Assembly (NCBI GenBank): GCA_964423285.1
Contig: CAYREI010000002.1
Span: 11,753-48,420 of the forward strand
Length of the DNA: 36,668 nt
Source of the DNA: an uncultured Pseudomonadales bacterium
GTDB lineage: Bacteria > Patescibacteriota > Microgenomatia > UBA1400 > PJMF01
Direction: 5' to 3'
A model generated the notes under the pieces. The model had not been told where the DNA came from. It searched no databases and saw only the letters and a list, made by a program, of their open reading frames with translations. Shown here one piece after another: positions 17,514 to 25,782 of the stretch (positions are counted from its first letter, which is position 1; every line of letters begins with the position of its first letter). Both the position numbers and the translations under genes were made by a program.

Positions 17514-17948
17514 ATGTCTCTTAGTCAACAATTAGTCGATGATATGAAACAAGCCATGAGGGATAAAAATAAAGTTAAATTGTCTGTGATTCGTTACCTT
17601 AGATCAGGAATTAAGAATTATGAAATTGATCATGGAGAACAAGACGATGCTGGTGTGGAAAAAATTGTAGCAAAGCAAGCTAAACAAGTTAGAGAATCTA
17701 TAGAGGAATATCAGAAAGCTGGTCGTAGCGATTTAGTTTCTCAAGAAGAAGCAAAATTAAAAATTTTAGAAGAATATTTACCAGAGCAAATGTCTGATGA
17801 GGGAATTCAAGCCGTTATTAATGAAGTGCTTAGTGGTATGGAAAATCCTCAAATGGGACCGGCAATAGGTCTAGTGATGAAAAAAGTTCAGGGTAAAGCT
17901 GATGGTAGTAAGGTTTCTCAGCTAGTTCGTCAAGCATTGGCATCTTAA
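17514..17948 (+). CDS. yqeY: GatB/YqeY domain protein
   Basis: L..DMK.AMR.K...L..IR...S.IKN.EI, Y..AGR.DL...E..., YLP.QMS, KADG; ATG 17514 behind AGGTGA. Confidence 0.9.
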   Translation: MSLSQQLVDDMKQAMRDKNKVKLSVIRYLRSGIKNYEIDHGEQDDAGVEKIVAKQAKQVRESIEEYQKAGRSDLVSQEEAKLKILEEYLPEQMSDEGIQAVINEVLSGMENPQMGPAIGLVMKKVQGKADGSKVSQLVRQALAS

Positions 17949-17952
17949 ATTT

Positions 17953-18597
17953 ATGAAAACCAAGACTATTGGTGAAATTCTTAAAGAAGAGAGACAACAG
18001 CATCACTTGTCGATTGATAAATTGGCTCAAAAAACTCGTATTAAAAAGAAATATTTACAAGCTTTAGAGAATAATCAGTTTGATCAGTTACCGGCAGCTA
18101 CTTTTGTTAAAGGTTATATAAAGATTTATTCACAGATGTTTGGTTTTGATTATCAGCCTTTAATAGCACTTCTCCGAAGAGATTTTAAAGAAAGTGTCAA
18201 AGGCCAGTTGGTTCCACGAGAGTTTATTAAACCATTATTAAAAAAACGTCAACTCTGGGGTCCAGCCACTTTTATAGTCTTAGGGCTAGCTTTAACTTTT
18301 ATAATATTAATTAGTTATGTTGGTTTTCAGTGGTATGAGTTGGCTCAACCTCCAGATTTAAAAATTATTTCACCAGTAAAAGATTCATTAGTAGCGGCTA
18401 GAGTAAGTGTCAGTGGTCAGACAGATACTGATGCAATTGTGACTATTAACTCTCAGCCTGTAGCTCTACAATCTGATGGATCATTTAAATCAGAAGTTTA
18501 TTTACCACGTGAGGGAGTAAACACTATCTCGATAGAAGCTCAAGATCGTCGGGGTAAGATTACACTAATACAGCGTTTAGTTAGAGTGAAGTTTTAG
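17953..18597 (+). CDS. RodZ-like protein: XRE HTH, TM, Ig-like domain
   Basis: TIG..LKE.R....LS...A..TRI..KYL.ALE...F..LP...FVKG.I..Y; TM; beta-rich C-terminus with G.N.I.I.A.D..G. Confidence 0.8.
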   Translation: MKTKTIGEILKEERQQHHLSIDKLAQKTRIKKKYLQALENNQFDQLPAATFVKGYIKIYSQMFGFDYQPLIALLRRDFKESVKGQLVPREFIKPLLKKRQLWGPATFIVLGLALTFIILISYVGFQWYELAQPPDLKIISPVKDSLVAARVSVSGQTDTDAIVTINSQPVALQSDGSFKSEVYLPREGVNTISIEAQDRRGKITLIQRLVRVKF

Positions 18598-18642
18598 TCT
18601 AGATTTGCTATATTTAATCTATATATTTATGAAAGGATTATT

Positions 18643-18927
18643 ATGGAATTAATTCCAACAGTTTTTACCATTGCTTTAGTAGCTTTAACCATTGTCCTAA
18701 GTGTGGTTGGAGTGCAAATGGTGCTAGTTTTACTTGAATTAAAAAAAACACTTAAGAAAGTCAACGAAGCTTTAGAAACCGCTGACGAAAAGATTACCGC
18801 AATTATTGCTCCTTTACAAAAAATTTCTGGAGTTGCCTCAGGCCTAGGTACTGGCATGAAAGTATTTGAAGCCTTTGTGGGCTGGTTAAATAAGGATAAA
18901 GATTCTAAAAAAGATGGAAAAAAATAG
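18643..18927 (+). CDS. Small membrane-anchored coiled-coil protein (DUF948/YtxG-like)
   Basis: N-terminal TM then LKKTLKKVN heptads; SD GAAAGGA. Confidence 0.55.
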   Translation: MELIPTVFTIALVALTIVLSVVGVQMVLVLLELKKTLKKVNEALETADEKITAIIAPLQKISGVASGLGTGMKVFEAFVGWLNKDKDSKKDGKK

Positions 18928-19249
18928 TCATCATTCATTTACTACTGGCTTTACTTTAGGTCTTTTTTCCGGGGTGGTAGGCTATTATTTATTTGGGACT
19001 AAAAAAGGAGAAAAGACTAGAAAAAAATTAGTCCAAGAATGGGAACAAGCCAATCAGTATTTAATTGATCAAGGGATATTAGATGAGAATACTAAATATA
19101 AGAATTTAGAAGATTTTGTGAGGTCAGCTAAAAATGAATTTTTAAAGAAACTAGACATTGACCAGAGTGAACCAAAAAAAGACACTCCTCAACACAAAAA
19201 ACGAAATTATACTCGTCAAACAAAACAAAAACAATTCAAGGGCGTATAA
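18914..19249 (+). CDS. YtxH-like protein
   Basis: F..GF.LG...G...Y.LF...KG..TRKKL signature. Confidence 0.65.
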   Translation: MEKNSHHSFTTGFTLGLFSGVVGYYLFGTKKGEKTRKKLVQEWEQANQYLIDQGILDENTKYKNLEDFVRSAKNEFLKKLDIDQSEPKKDTPQHKKRNYTRQTKQKQFKGV

Positions 19250-19252
19250 TTT

Positions 19253-21070
19253 ATGACTCCAAACGATCTTCGCCAGGCTTATTTAGATTTTTTTGCTGAT
19301 AAAAATCACGCAATTTTACCTTCAGCTTCACTAGTCCCGGAAAATGATCCCACTACTCTTTTTACTGGTTCTGGCATGCAACCACTTTTACCATATTTTT
19401 TAGGTCAATCACATCCTAAAGGCTCACGAGTAGTTAATTCTCAAAAATGTTTTCGTTCTCAGGATATTGAAGCAGTGGGCGACAATCGTCATACTACTTT
19501 TTTTGAAATGTTAGGAAATTGGTCTTTTGGTGACTACTTTAAAAAAGAACAATTAGCTTGGATCTTTGAATTTCTTACTGAAGTTTGTAATTTAGATCCA
19601 CAGAAACTTTATGTAACTGTTTACGAAGGTAATAAAACATTGGGTATTCCTCGTGATGAAGAAGCAGCTGAGATTTGGAAGGAATTATTTGCACAAAAAA
19701 GTATCACTGATGAACGAGTTTTTTATTATGGCAATGAAAACTGGTGGTCACGAGTAGGCGAGCCAGCCAGTATGTCTAATGGAGAACCAGGTGGTCCTGA
19801 CAGTGAAATTTTTTATGATTTTGGGGCAGAGTTAAAAATTCACGAAAACTCACAATTTGCTGATCAGCCATGTCATTTAAACTGTGATTGTGGTCGTTAT
19901 TTGGAGATTGGCAACAATGTGTTTATGACTTATGTCAAAACAGAAAATGGTTTTGAAGAATTAGAAAATAAAAATATTGATTTTGGTGGTGGATTTGAGC
20001 GAATCTTGGCTGTAATGAATAATGACCCCGATGTGTTTAAAACAGAATTGTTTATGCCAATTATTAAGGTAATAGAAGATTTCAGTGAAGGCTCCTATGA
20101 GAATCAAAAAGATAAAAAAGCAATTAGAGTAGTGGCTGATCATTTAAAGGCAGCTGTTTTCTTAATTAAAGATGGAATTAAACCAAGCAATAAAGAACAG
20201 GGTTATGTTTTGCGAAGATTGCTGAGAAGAGCTGCGGTTGAAATGCATGTTTTGAGAGGGGGATTAACACCGCCTCCTGTTTTTAGCGCTATCACAGACG
20301 AAGTGATGGGGGTTTATGAGGGTCAATATCTTAATAGAAGCTCGGATAAATCTTTGATTGAGAAAATAATTAATGGAGAGTTAGAAAGATTTAGTAAAAG
20401 TTTAGATAAAGGATTGAGAGTATCAGAAAAAATAGAAAATCTTGACGGTCAAATAGCTTTTGATTTATATCAAAACTATGGATTTCCTGTAGAAATTGCT
20501 ATTGAGATTGCTCAAAAAGACGGCAAAATCATAGATAACGATTTATTAAAAGATTTCAATCAACTTAAGCAATCTCACGCCGACCAGTCTCGCCAAGCGG
20601 CAATTGGTAAATTTAAAGGCGGATTAGGTGATAAATCTGAGGCCACGATTAAATATCACACTGCTACTCACTTACTCCACAGTGCGCTACGGAAAATTTT
20701 AGGTGATCATATAAAACAAAAAGGCTCCAATATTACTAGCGAACGTCTTCGTTTTGATTTCTCTCACCCTCAAGCTTTAACTCAAGAAGAAATTAATAAA
20801 GTAGAAACGCAAATTAATGCCTGGATTAAGGCTGATTTATCAGTTACTAATCAAAGCATGAATAAACAAGATGCTCTTGATGAGGGAGCAATTGCTTTTT
20901 TTATAGAAAAATATCCAGACAAAGTTAGTGTTTATACAATTGATAAAATTTCTAAAGAATTTTGTGGAGGTCCTCATGTAAGTAGAACAGGTGAAATAGG
21001 CCAAATTATGCTCTTTAAAGAGCAATCATGTGGGGTTGGTATTCGTCGAGTTTATGTCAAGTTTAGATAA
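19253..21070 (+). CDS. alaS: Alanine--tRNA ligase, short form (catalytic plus editing domain, no C-Ala)
   Basis: DPTTLFT.SGMQ, HTTFFEMLGNWSFGDYFK, GYVLRR, HTATHLLH, CGGPH; ends after GIRR. Confidence 0.95.
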   Translation: MTPNDLRQAYLDFFADKNHAILPSASLVPENDPTTLFTGSGMQPLLPYFLGQSHPKGSRVVNSQKCFRSQDIEAVGDNRHTTFFEMLGNWSFGDYFKKEQLAWIFEFLTEVCNLDPQKLYVTVYEGNKTLGIPRDEEAAEIWKELFAQKSITDERVFYYGNENWWSRVGEPASMSNGEPGGPDSEIFYDFGAELKIHENSQFADQPCHLNCDCGRYLEIGNNVFMTYVKTENGFEELENKNIDFGGGFERILAVMNNDPDVFKTELFMPIIKVIEDFSEGSYENQKDKKAIRVVADHLKAAVFLIKDGIKPSNKEQGYVLRRLLRRAAVEMHVLRGGLTPPPVFSAITDEVMGVYEGQYLNRSSDKSLIEKIINGELERFSKSLDKGLRVSEKIENLDGQIAFDLYQNYGFPVEIAIEIAQKDGKIIDNDLLKDFNQLKQSHADQSRQAAIGKFKGGLGDKSEATIKYHTATHLLHSALRKILGDHIKQKGSNITSERLRFDFSHPQALTQEEINKVETQINAWIKADLSVTNQSMNKQDALDEGAIAFFIEKYPDKVSVYTIDKISKEFCGGPHVSRTGEIGQIMLFKEQSCGVGIRRVYVKFR

Positions 21071-21112
21071 AAAATAGTATTTTTCAGATTTAAGTTGAGG
21101 TATAGTATTTAT

Positions 21113-23269
21113 ATGGGTCTACCACCAGTTTTTAGAACCAAACAGTCAGTTCCTTCTTCATATATTACTATTTTGCTATCTGACTCTAACGTTCAAGCAG
21201 CTTTATGGCAGCTTGACAATCAAGGAATTACCATTTTAAAGAAATCATCTGTTCACAAATATGGTGATGATGAACAAGCCGTTACTCAGGCTGATATAGC
21301 CCTTCAGAACTTAGGCAAACAATCAGAGGAAGTTAATGATGTAATCTTTGGTTTACCACATACTTGGGTTGATAAACAAGGCGTGACAGCAATAAAGAAA
21401 CCTTTATTAAAAACAATTACTGAAGAATTAAGTTTAAAAGCAGTTGGCTTCGTGGTGACTTCTGAAGCAGTGGCAAAGCATTTAATAGCTGAAAATCCTC
21501 GGCTTTCTATGCTCTTGGTGGAGTTTAGTCAGTATGAGTTATATCTAAGTTTAATTAGTCAAGGCAAACTGATTAGTACTAAATATGTAGGACGGTCGGG
21601 TGAGACTATGGCTGATATGGCTGAGGCTTTAGCAAGACTTAACGCTCATCAGGAAGAAAAAATTAAGTTGCCAGTAAAAATAGTAATTTCTTCTTTAGAT
21701 CTCAACGATTCGGAACTTAAAGATCAGCAACAATTATTACTTGATCACAATTGGGTTGATTCACATTCATTTACTCATCCACCCACAGTAGATTTATTAG
21801 ATCAAGAAATTATTCTAGAGGCAGTTGTCAAGCAAGGGAAGAGTCCCGCTATTGGGCAATCAGTCGTTAAATCTCAAGTTATCGTATCAGCTCCAATAGT
21901 TGCAGAGCAATCAAAGACAACCGCCAAAATTGAAAAAAGCACTTTAGCCGTGGAAGTTAAACCTCAAAAAACTGTAGCTACTAGTTATGGAATACCAGTT
22001 AGATTAGATGATTTTGATAAAAAAATCCAACCTGAAATCAAGTCACAAGATAGGGTAAACTTACCACATTCAATTGATTCAAAAAAGAAAGTATCTTCAA
22101 AGATAAAAATGAAGTTTTATAGTTGGTTCAACGAACATAAATCATTTGCTATTGGTGGTTTTTTTGCAGGTATATTGGCTTTAGTGGTAATAGTTGGAGC
22201 ATGGTTAAATATGGGAGTTGAAGCTGTTGTTGAATTATCACTAGCGGTTGAGTCAATTTCAAAAGAAACCACTATTACTCTTAACCCTGATTATGATAGC
22301 ACTGACGTTGATGAACTGGTTTTAGCAGCCCACACTATTGAGAAAAAAGTTTCGGATAAAAAGACCAAGGAAACAACCGGAGTTAAAGTTGTCGGTGATA
22401 AAGCTACTGGTAAGATTACTCTTTATAATAAAACAGATGGTGAAAAACTTTTTGATAAAGACACTAAATTAACCAAGGGTGATTTGGTCTTTACTTTAAA
22501 TGAAGAAGTTAGAGTTGCTTCAGCCAGTGATAGTATTGATAAGAAGGAATATGGTAAGACTGAAACTGAAGTAACTGCTACTAATATTGGAGCAGATCAT
22601 AATTTAGAAAAAGAAACTGAGCTACAAGTGGCTAGTTTTGATCCTGGTACATATGCCGCTGTTGTTGTAGAAGTTTTTACAGGTGGCTCTAGTCGTGAAG
22701 TTAGAGTTGTTTCTGAGGGCGATAAAGATCAATTAGTGAAAGATTTACGGGAAAAATTACTAGAAGAAGCTCAAAGAGATATTGAAGAAAATTTGGATGA
22801 AGGCGAGTATATTGCTTCAGCTAGTATTTACCAAGTAAGTGAACAAAAACTTGATGCAGAAATAGGTGATGAAATTGGTGCAGTGACACTTGATTTATCA
22901 ATTATTGTAAAAGTTTTGACTTATAAAACAGAAGATTTAAAGCCCTTGGCACAAAAAGTGCTTGAGGATGATATTCCCGAAGGATACACTTTAGCTAATA
23001 GCGATCCACAAATTATGTCAGCTTTAGATCAGGAAGCTTCAGGCTCTGGAGCAATCTACTTGACGGTTAATATTACATCAGAAGCCAAACCAGATTTAAA
23101 TTGGGATGAACTTAAGCAAGATATTCTAGGTAAAAGAATCAATGAAGCCAAACAAACTTTAGTAGCTAAGGACAGTATTGATTCGGTTGAAATTAATTTA
23201 ATTCCCAGTATAGCTACTAAGCTTTATCCCCGCATTCCCAAAGATCCTGTTAAGATAAAGATAAGGTGA
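21113..23269 (+). CDS. Bitopic protein: degenerate FtsA/actin-like N-domain, TM, baseplate J/gp47-like extracytoplasmic domain
   Basis: ITILLSDSNVQAALW and LVEFS...L.LS.I..GK resemble the two FtsA/PilM beta hairpins; TM about 22145-22206; TG.K.VG.KATG.IT.YN, V.A..IG...N, FTGG.SR.V.VVS..D. Start probably ATG 21113. Confidence 0.6.
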   Translation: MGLPPVFRTKQSVPSSYITILLSDSNVQAALWQLDNQGITILKKSSVHKYGDDEQAVTQADIALQNLGKQSEEVNDVIFGLPHTWVDKQGVTAIKKPLLKTITEELSLKAVGFVVTSEAVAKHLIAENPRLSMLLVEFSQYELYLSLISQGKLISTKYVGRSGETMADMAEALARLNAHQEEKIKLPVKIVISSLDLNDSELKDQQQLLLDHNWVDSHSFTHPPTVDLLDQEIILEAVVKQGKSPAIGQSVVKSQVIVSAPIVAEQSKTTAKIEKSTLAVEVKPQKTVATSYGIPVRLDDFDKKIQPEIKSQDRVNLPHSIDSKKKVSSKIKMKFYSWFNEHKSFAIGGFFAGILALVVIVGAWLNMGVEAVVELSLAVESISKETTITLNPDYDSTDVDELVLAAHTIEKKVSDKKTKETTGVKVVGDKATGKITLYNKTDGEKLFDKDTKLTKGDLVFTLNEEVRVASASDSIDKKEYGKTETEVTATNIGADHNLEKETELQVASFDPGTYAAVVVEVFTGGSSREVRVVSEGDKDQLVKDLREKLLEEAQRDIEENLDEGEYIASASIYQVSEQKLDAEIGDEIGAVTLDLSIIVKVLTYKTEDLKPLAQKVLEDDIPEGYTLANSDPQIMSALDQEASGSGAIYLTVNITSEAKPDLNWDELKQDILGKRINEAKQTLVAKDSIDSVEINLIPSIATKLYPRIPKDPVKIKIR

Positions 23270-24216
23270 AACAAGTAAGCCAAAACTCCCCCAAAGAATT
23301 AGTTGATTTATACCGTCGAGCTTTACAAAAAGATTTGTCTTTAGATAAATTAGAAAATAAAATTTCTAAAAAAATTGATAAAATGCGAATTAGTCAAAGA
23401 GTAGAATCAAAAGAAGAGCAGGAACGAGTAAATAAAATCAAACATCGTTTGCCAAAAGCAATTAGATATGGAGCTTTAATTTTACCGGTAGTTTTTATTA
23501 TTGTGGGGTTATTTTTGCTTGGAAATGCTATTACACCAATTGCTCAATATTATGTTTCATCTTTACCAGATTTAAGCTATCACCAGCTTAAGGCCCCTAT
23601 TCCTAAAGAAGAAATTCTAGATGTGACACCATTAGTGATGGCTCAAACTGAGTCTGATTCAACTGTATTAGGATCTAGCTCACAAACAGCAACTGGCCCA
23701 GTAATTTTAGATACAGAATTAGATTACACTAATTTAACAAATTGGTTTAAGGATGAGCGGAGCGATGTCTTAAGAAGAATTCAAAATAATACTTTATATG
23801 TTCTAGATATTCCTGAGTTAGAGATAGAAAATGCTAGAGTTCAAATTGGCGGTATAAATTTGGATAAAAGTTTAATTTCGTACCCTGGCACAGCTTTTCC
23901 CGGAGAGCTAGGATCACCAGTTATATTTGGACATTCGGTTCTACGCCAATTTTATAATCCGAGTGAAAAAAATCCTCGTCGTTATAATTCAATTTTCAGT
24001 TATATCATGACATTAGAAAAAGGAGATGTTATTTATTTAACGCAAGATGAAGCCAAGTACAAATATGTAGTTACAGATAAGACTGATGTTAAACCAGAAG
24101 ATACCTATATTTTGGCACAACAGTATGACAGTAGGAAGCTTAAATTGGTGACTTGTATTCCTGAAGGAACCTATCTTCGTAGAGGTGTAGTCACAGCGAT
24201 GTTAGTTAATAATTAA
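23266..24216 (+). CDS. Sortase family protein
   Basis: TM anchor; YPGTA.PG..G..VIFGHS, L..GD.I, LKLVTC.P.GT...R catalytic His/Cys/Arg. Confidence 0.9.
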   Translation: MKQVSQNSPKELVDLYRRALQKDLSLDKLENKISKKIDKMRISQRVESKEEQERVNKIKHRLPKAIRYGALILPVVFIIVGLFLLGNAITPIAQYYVSSLPDLSYHQLKAPIPKEEILDVTPLVMAQTESDSTVLGSSSQTATGPVILDTELDYTNLTNWFKDERSDVLRRIQNNTLYVLDIPELEIENARVQIGGINLDKSLISYPGTAFPGELGSPVIFGHSVLRQFYNPSEKNPRRYNSIFSYIMTLEKGDVIYLTQDEAKYKYVVTDKTDVKPEDTYILAQQYDSRKLKLVTCIPEGTYLRRGVVTAMLVNN

Positions 24217-24220
24217 ATAT

Positions 24221-24601
24221 ATGAAAAAAGTATTGGCTTTAGATTTTGGCACACAACGGATCGGTTTAGCGATAAGTCATCATGGCTTAGCCGAGCCTCT
24301 GAAAATAATTAACAACAGCAACCAAGTTTATGTAGAGGTAAAACAGATTATTGATCAGGAAGGGGTAGATTTAATTTTAATTGGATTATCTGAAAATCAA
24401 ATGGCTCAAAAAACTAAACAATTTGCTAAGAAACTCAAAGAAGCTATCGCTACTCCCATAAAATTTGTGGATGAAACCCTAAGTTCTCAAAATACCCATC
24501 AAAAGTTAGCTACCTCATCAATGAAGTTAAAAAAACGCCAGAGCCCGATTGATCATTATGCTGCGGCTGAGTTTCTTCAAGAATGGTTAGATACCAATTA
24601 A
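24221..24601 (+). CDS. ruvX: YqgF/RuvX family nuclease
   Basis: LALDFG..RIGLAIS, IGL, VDE.LSS, ID..AA..FLQ.WLD. Confidence 0.92.
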   Translation: MKKVLALDFGTQRIGLAISHHGLAEPLKIINNSNQVYVEVKQIIDQEGVDLILIGLSENQMAQKTKQFAKKLKEAIATPIKFVDETLSSQNTHQKLATSSMKLKKRQSPIDHYAAAEFLQEWLDTN

Positions 24602-24620
24602 TAATGATATAATTTTTTAC

Positions 24621-25598
24621 ATGTCTTTTAAAAAAAATTTTACTTTAATTGCAATGACGTTGTTGATTTTAATGACTGGTTTAATAGGTTATCTTTATAT
24701 TTTGTCTCAACCAGTATCCAAAGAGACTATAATCAAAACTCAATTTGTTGTTCCTCGAGGGCAAGCAGTGAGCGTAATTGCATCTAGATTAAAAGATGAA
24801 GGTTTAATAAAAAGTTCAATTATGTTTCGTTTAGTAGTTAAACAACGAGAATTGGAAAGCAAACTTCAATCAGGATCTTTTCAAATTTCTTCTAATATGA
24901 CTCCAAGTGAGATAGCCACCAAATTAACTCAAGGAACTAATGATGTTTGGGTAACGATTTTGGAAGGTTGGCGCAGAGAACAGGTAGCGGCTAGTTTAGT
25001 CGAGTATAACTTGAATGATTTTGATTCTCGAGAATTTCTTAATTTAACCATTGGCCAAGAGGGCCAAATTTTTCCAGACACCTATCTATTTGCTAAAGAA
25101 TCAACCGCGGCCACAGTTTATCGAGTTATTCAGGATAACTTTAAGAAAAAAGTTACAGTAGGTTTGACAAATGAAATTGAGCAATCAAATCGAAGTTTTA
25201 GTGAGGCATTGGTGATGGCTTCAATGGTGGAAAGAGAAGCTCGAGGCTATAAAGAAATGCGTCACGTGGCCGGTATTTTATGGAATCGATATGATATTGG
25301 TATGGCTTTACAAACCGATGCTACTTTGCAGTATATCAAAGGTTATAATACTCAAACTAAATCTTGGTGGGAGTCGCCCACTGGAGCTGATAAAAAGATA
25401 GATTCATTTTTTAATACTTATCTTTATCCTGGTTTACCTCCACACCCAATCTGCAATCCTGGTCTAGAAGCAATTCAAGCCTCTTTAAATCCTTTAGAAA
25501 CAAAAAATCTTTACTATTTACATGATAGAGACGGTGAGATACACTATGGTAAGAATCTAGAAGAACATAACGCAAATGTACAGCAGTACTTGCGATAG
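24621..25598 (+). CDS. mltG: Endolytic transglycosylase MltG
   Basis: TM, VTI.EGWR, EG..FPDTY.F, AS.VERE, LQ.DAT, NTY...GLPP.PI.NPG, YYL. Confidence 0.93.
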   Translation: MSFKKNFTLIAMTLLILMTGLIGYLYILSQPVSKETIIKTQFVVPRGQAVSVIASRLKDEGLIKSSIMFRLVVKQRELESKLQSGSFQISSNMTPSEIATKLTQGTNDVWVTILEGWRREQVAASLVEYNLNDFDSREFLNLTIGQEGQIFPDTYLFAKESTAATVYRVIQDNFKKKVTVGLTNEIEQSNRSFSEALVMASMVEREARGYKEMRHVAGILWNRYDIGMALQTDATLQYIKGYNTQTKSWWESPTGADKKIDSFFNTYLYPGLPPHPICNPGLEAIQASLNPLETKNLYYLHDRDGEIHYGKNLEEHNANVQQYLR

Positions 25599-25618
25599 TT
25601 TGGTGTTATTGATATAAT
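25590..25618 (+). promoter_or_regulatory. sigma70 promoter of rpoBC
   Basis: TTGCGA (25590-25595) - 17 nt - TATAAT (25613-25618), with extended -10 TG. Confidence 0.75.
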
Positions 25619-25701
25619 CTTTCAGTTTCCATTAGAAAATAAACACGCTTGGAATTCTTTTGTTTATTAAATACATAAAAACAAGCTCATTGATAATTTA
25701 G

Positions 25702-25728
25702 AGAGCACTGATCAAGTGGTCTTTTTTT
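25702..25728 (+). terminator. Terminator-like hairpin within the rpoB 5' leader
   Basis: AGAGCACT-gatca-AGTGGTCT (one G.G mismatch) running into a 7-T tract. Confidence 0.45.
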
Positions 25729-25782
25729 GTTGTGGTTGTTTGGCAATGAGTTAACTTGAAAAAATAATAGTTAGGAGCCTTA

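Noticed and set aside
21113-23269. Prophage or contractile injection system
   Set aside because: No sheath, tube, spike, terminase or integrase genes; flanked by housekeeping genes, and the protein has a TM anchor
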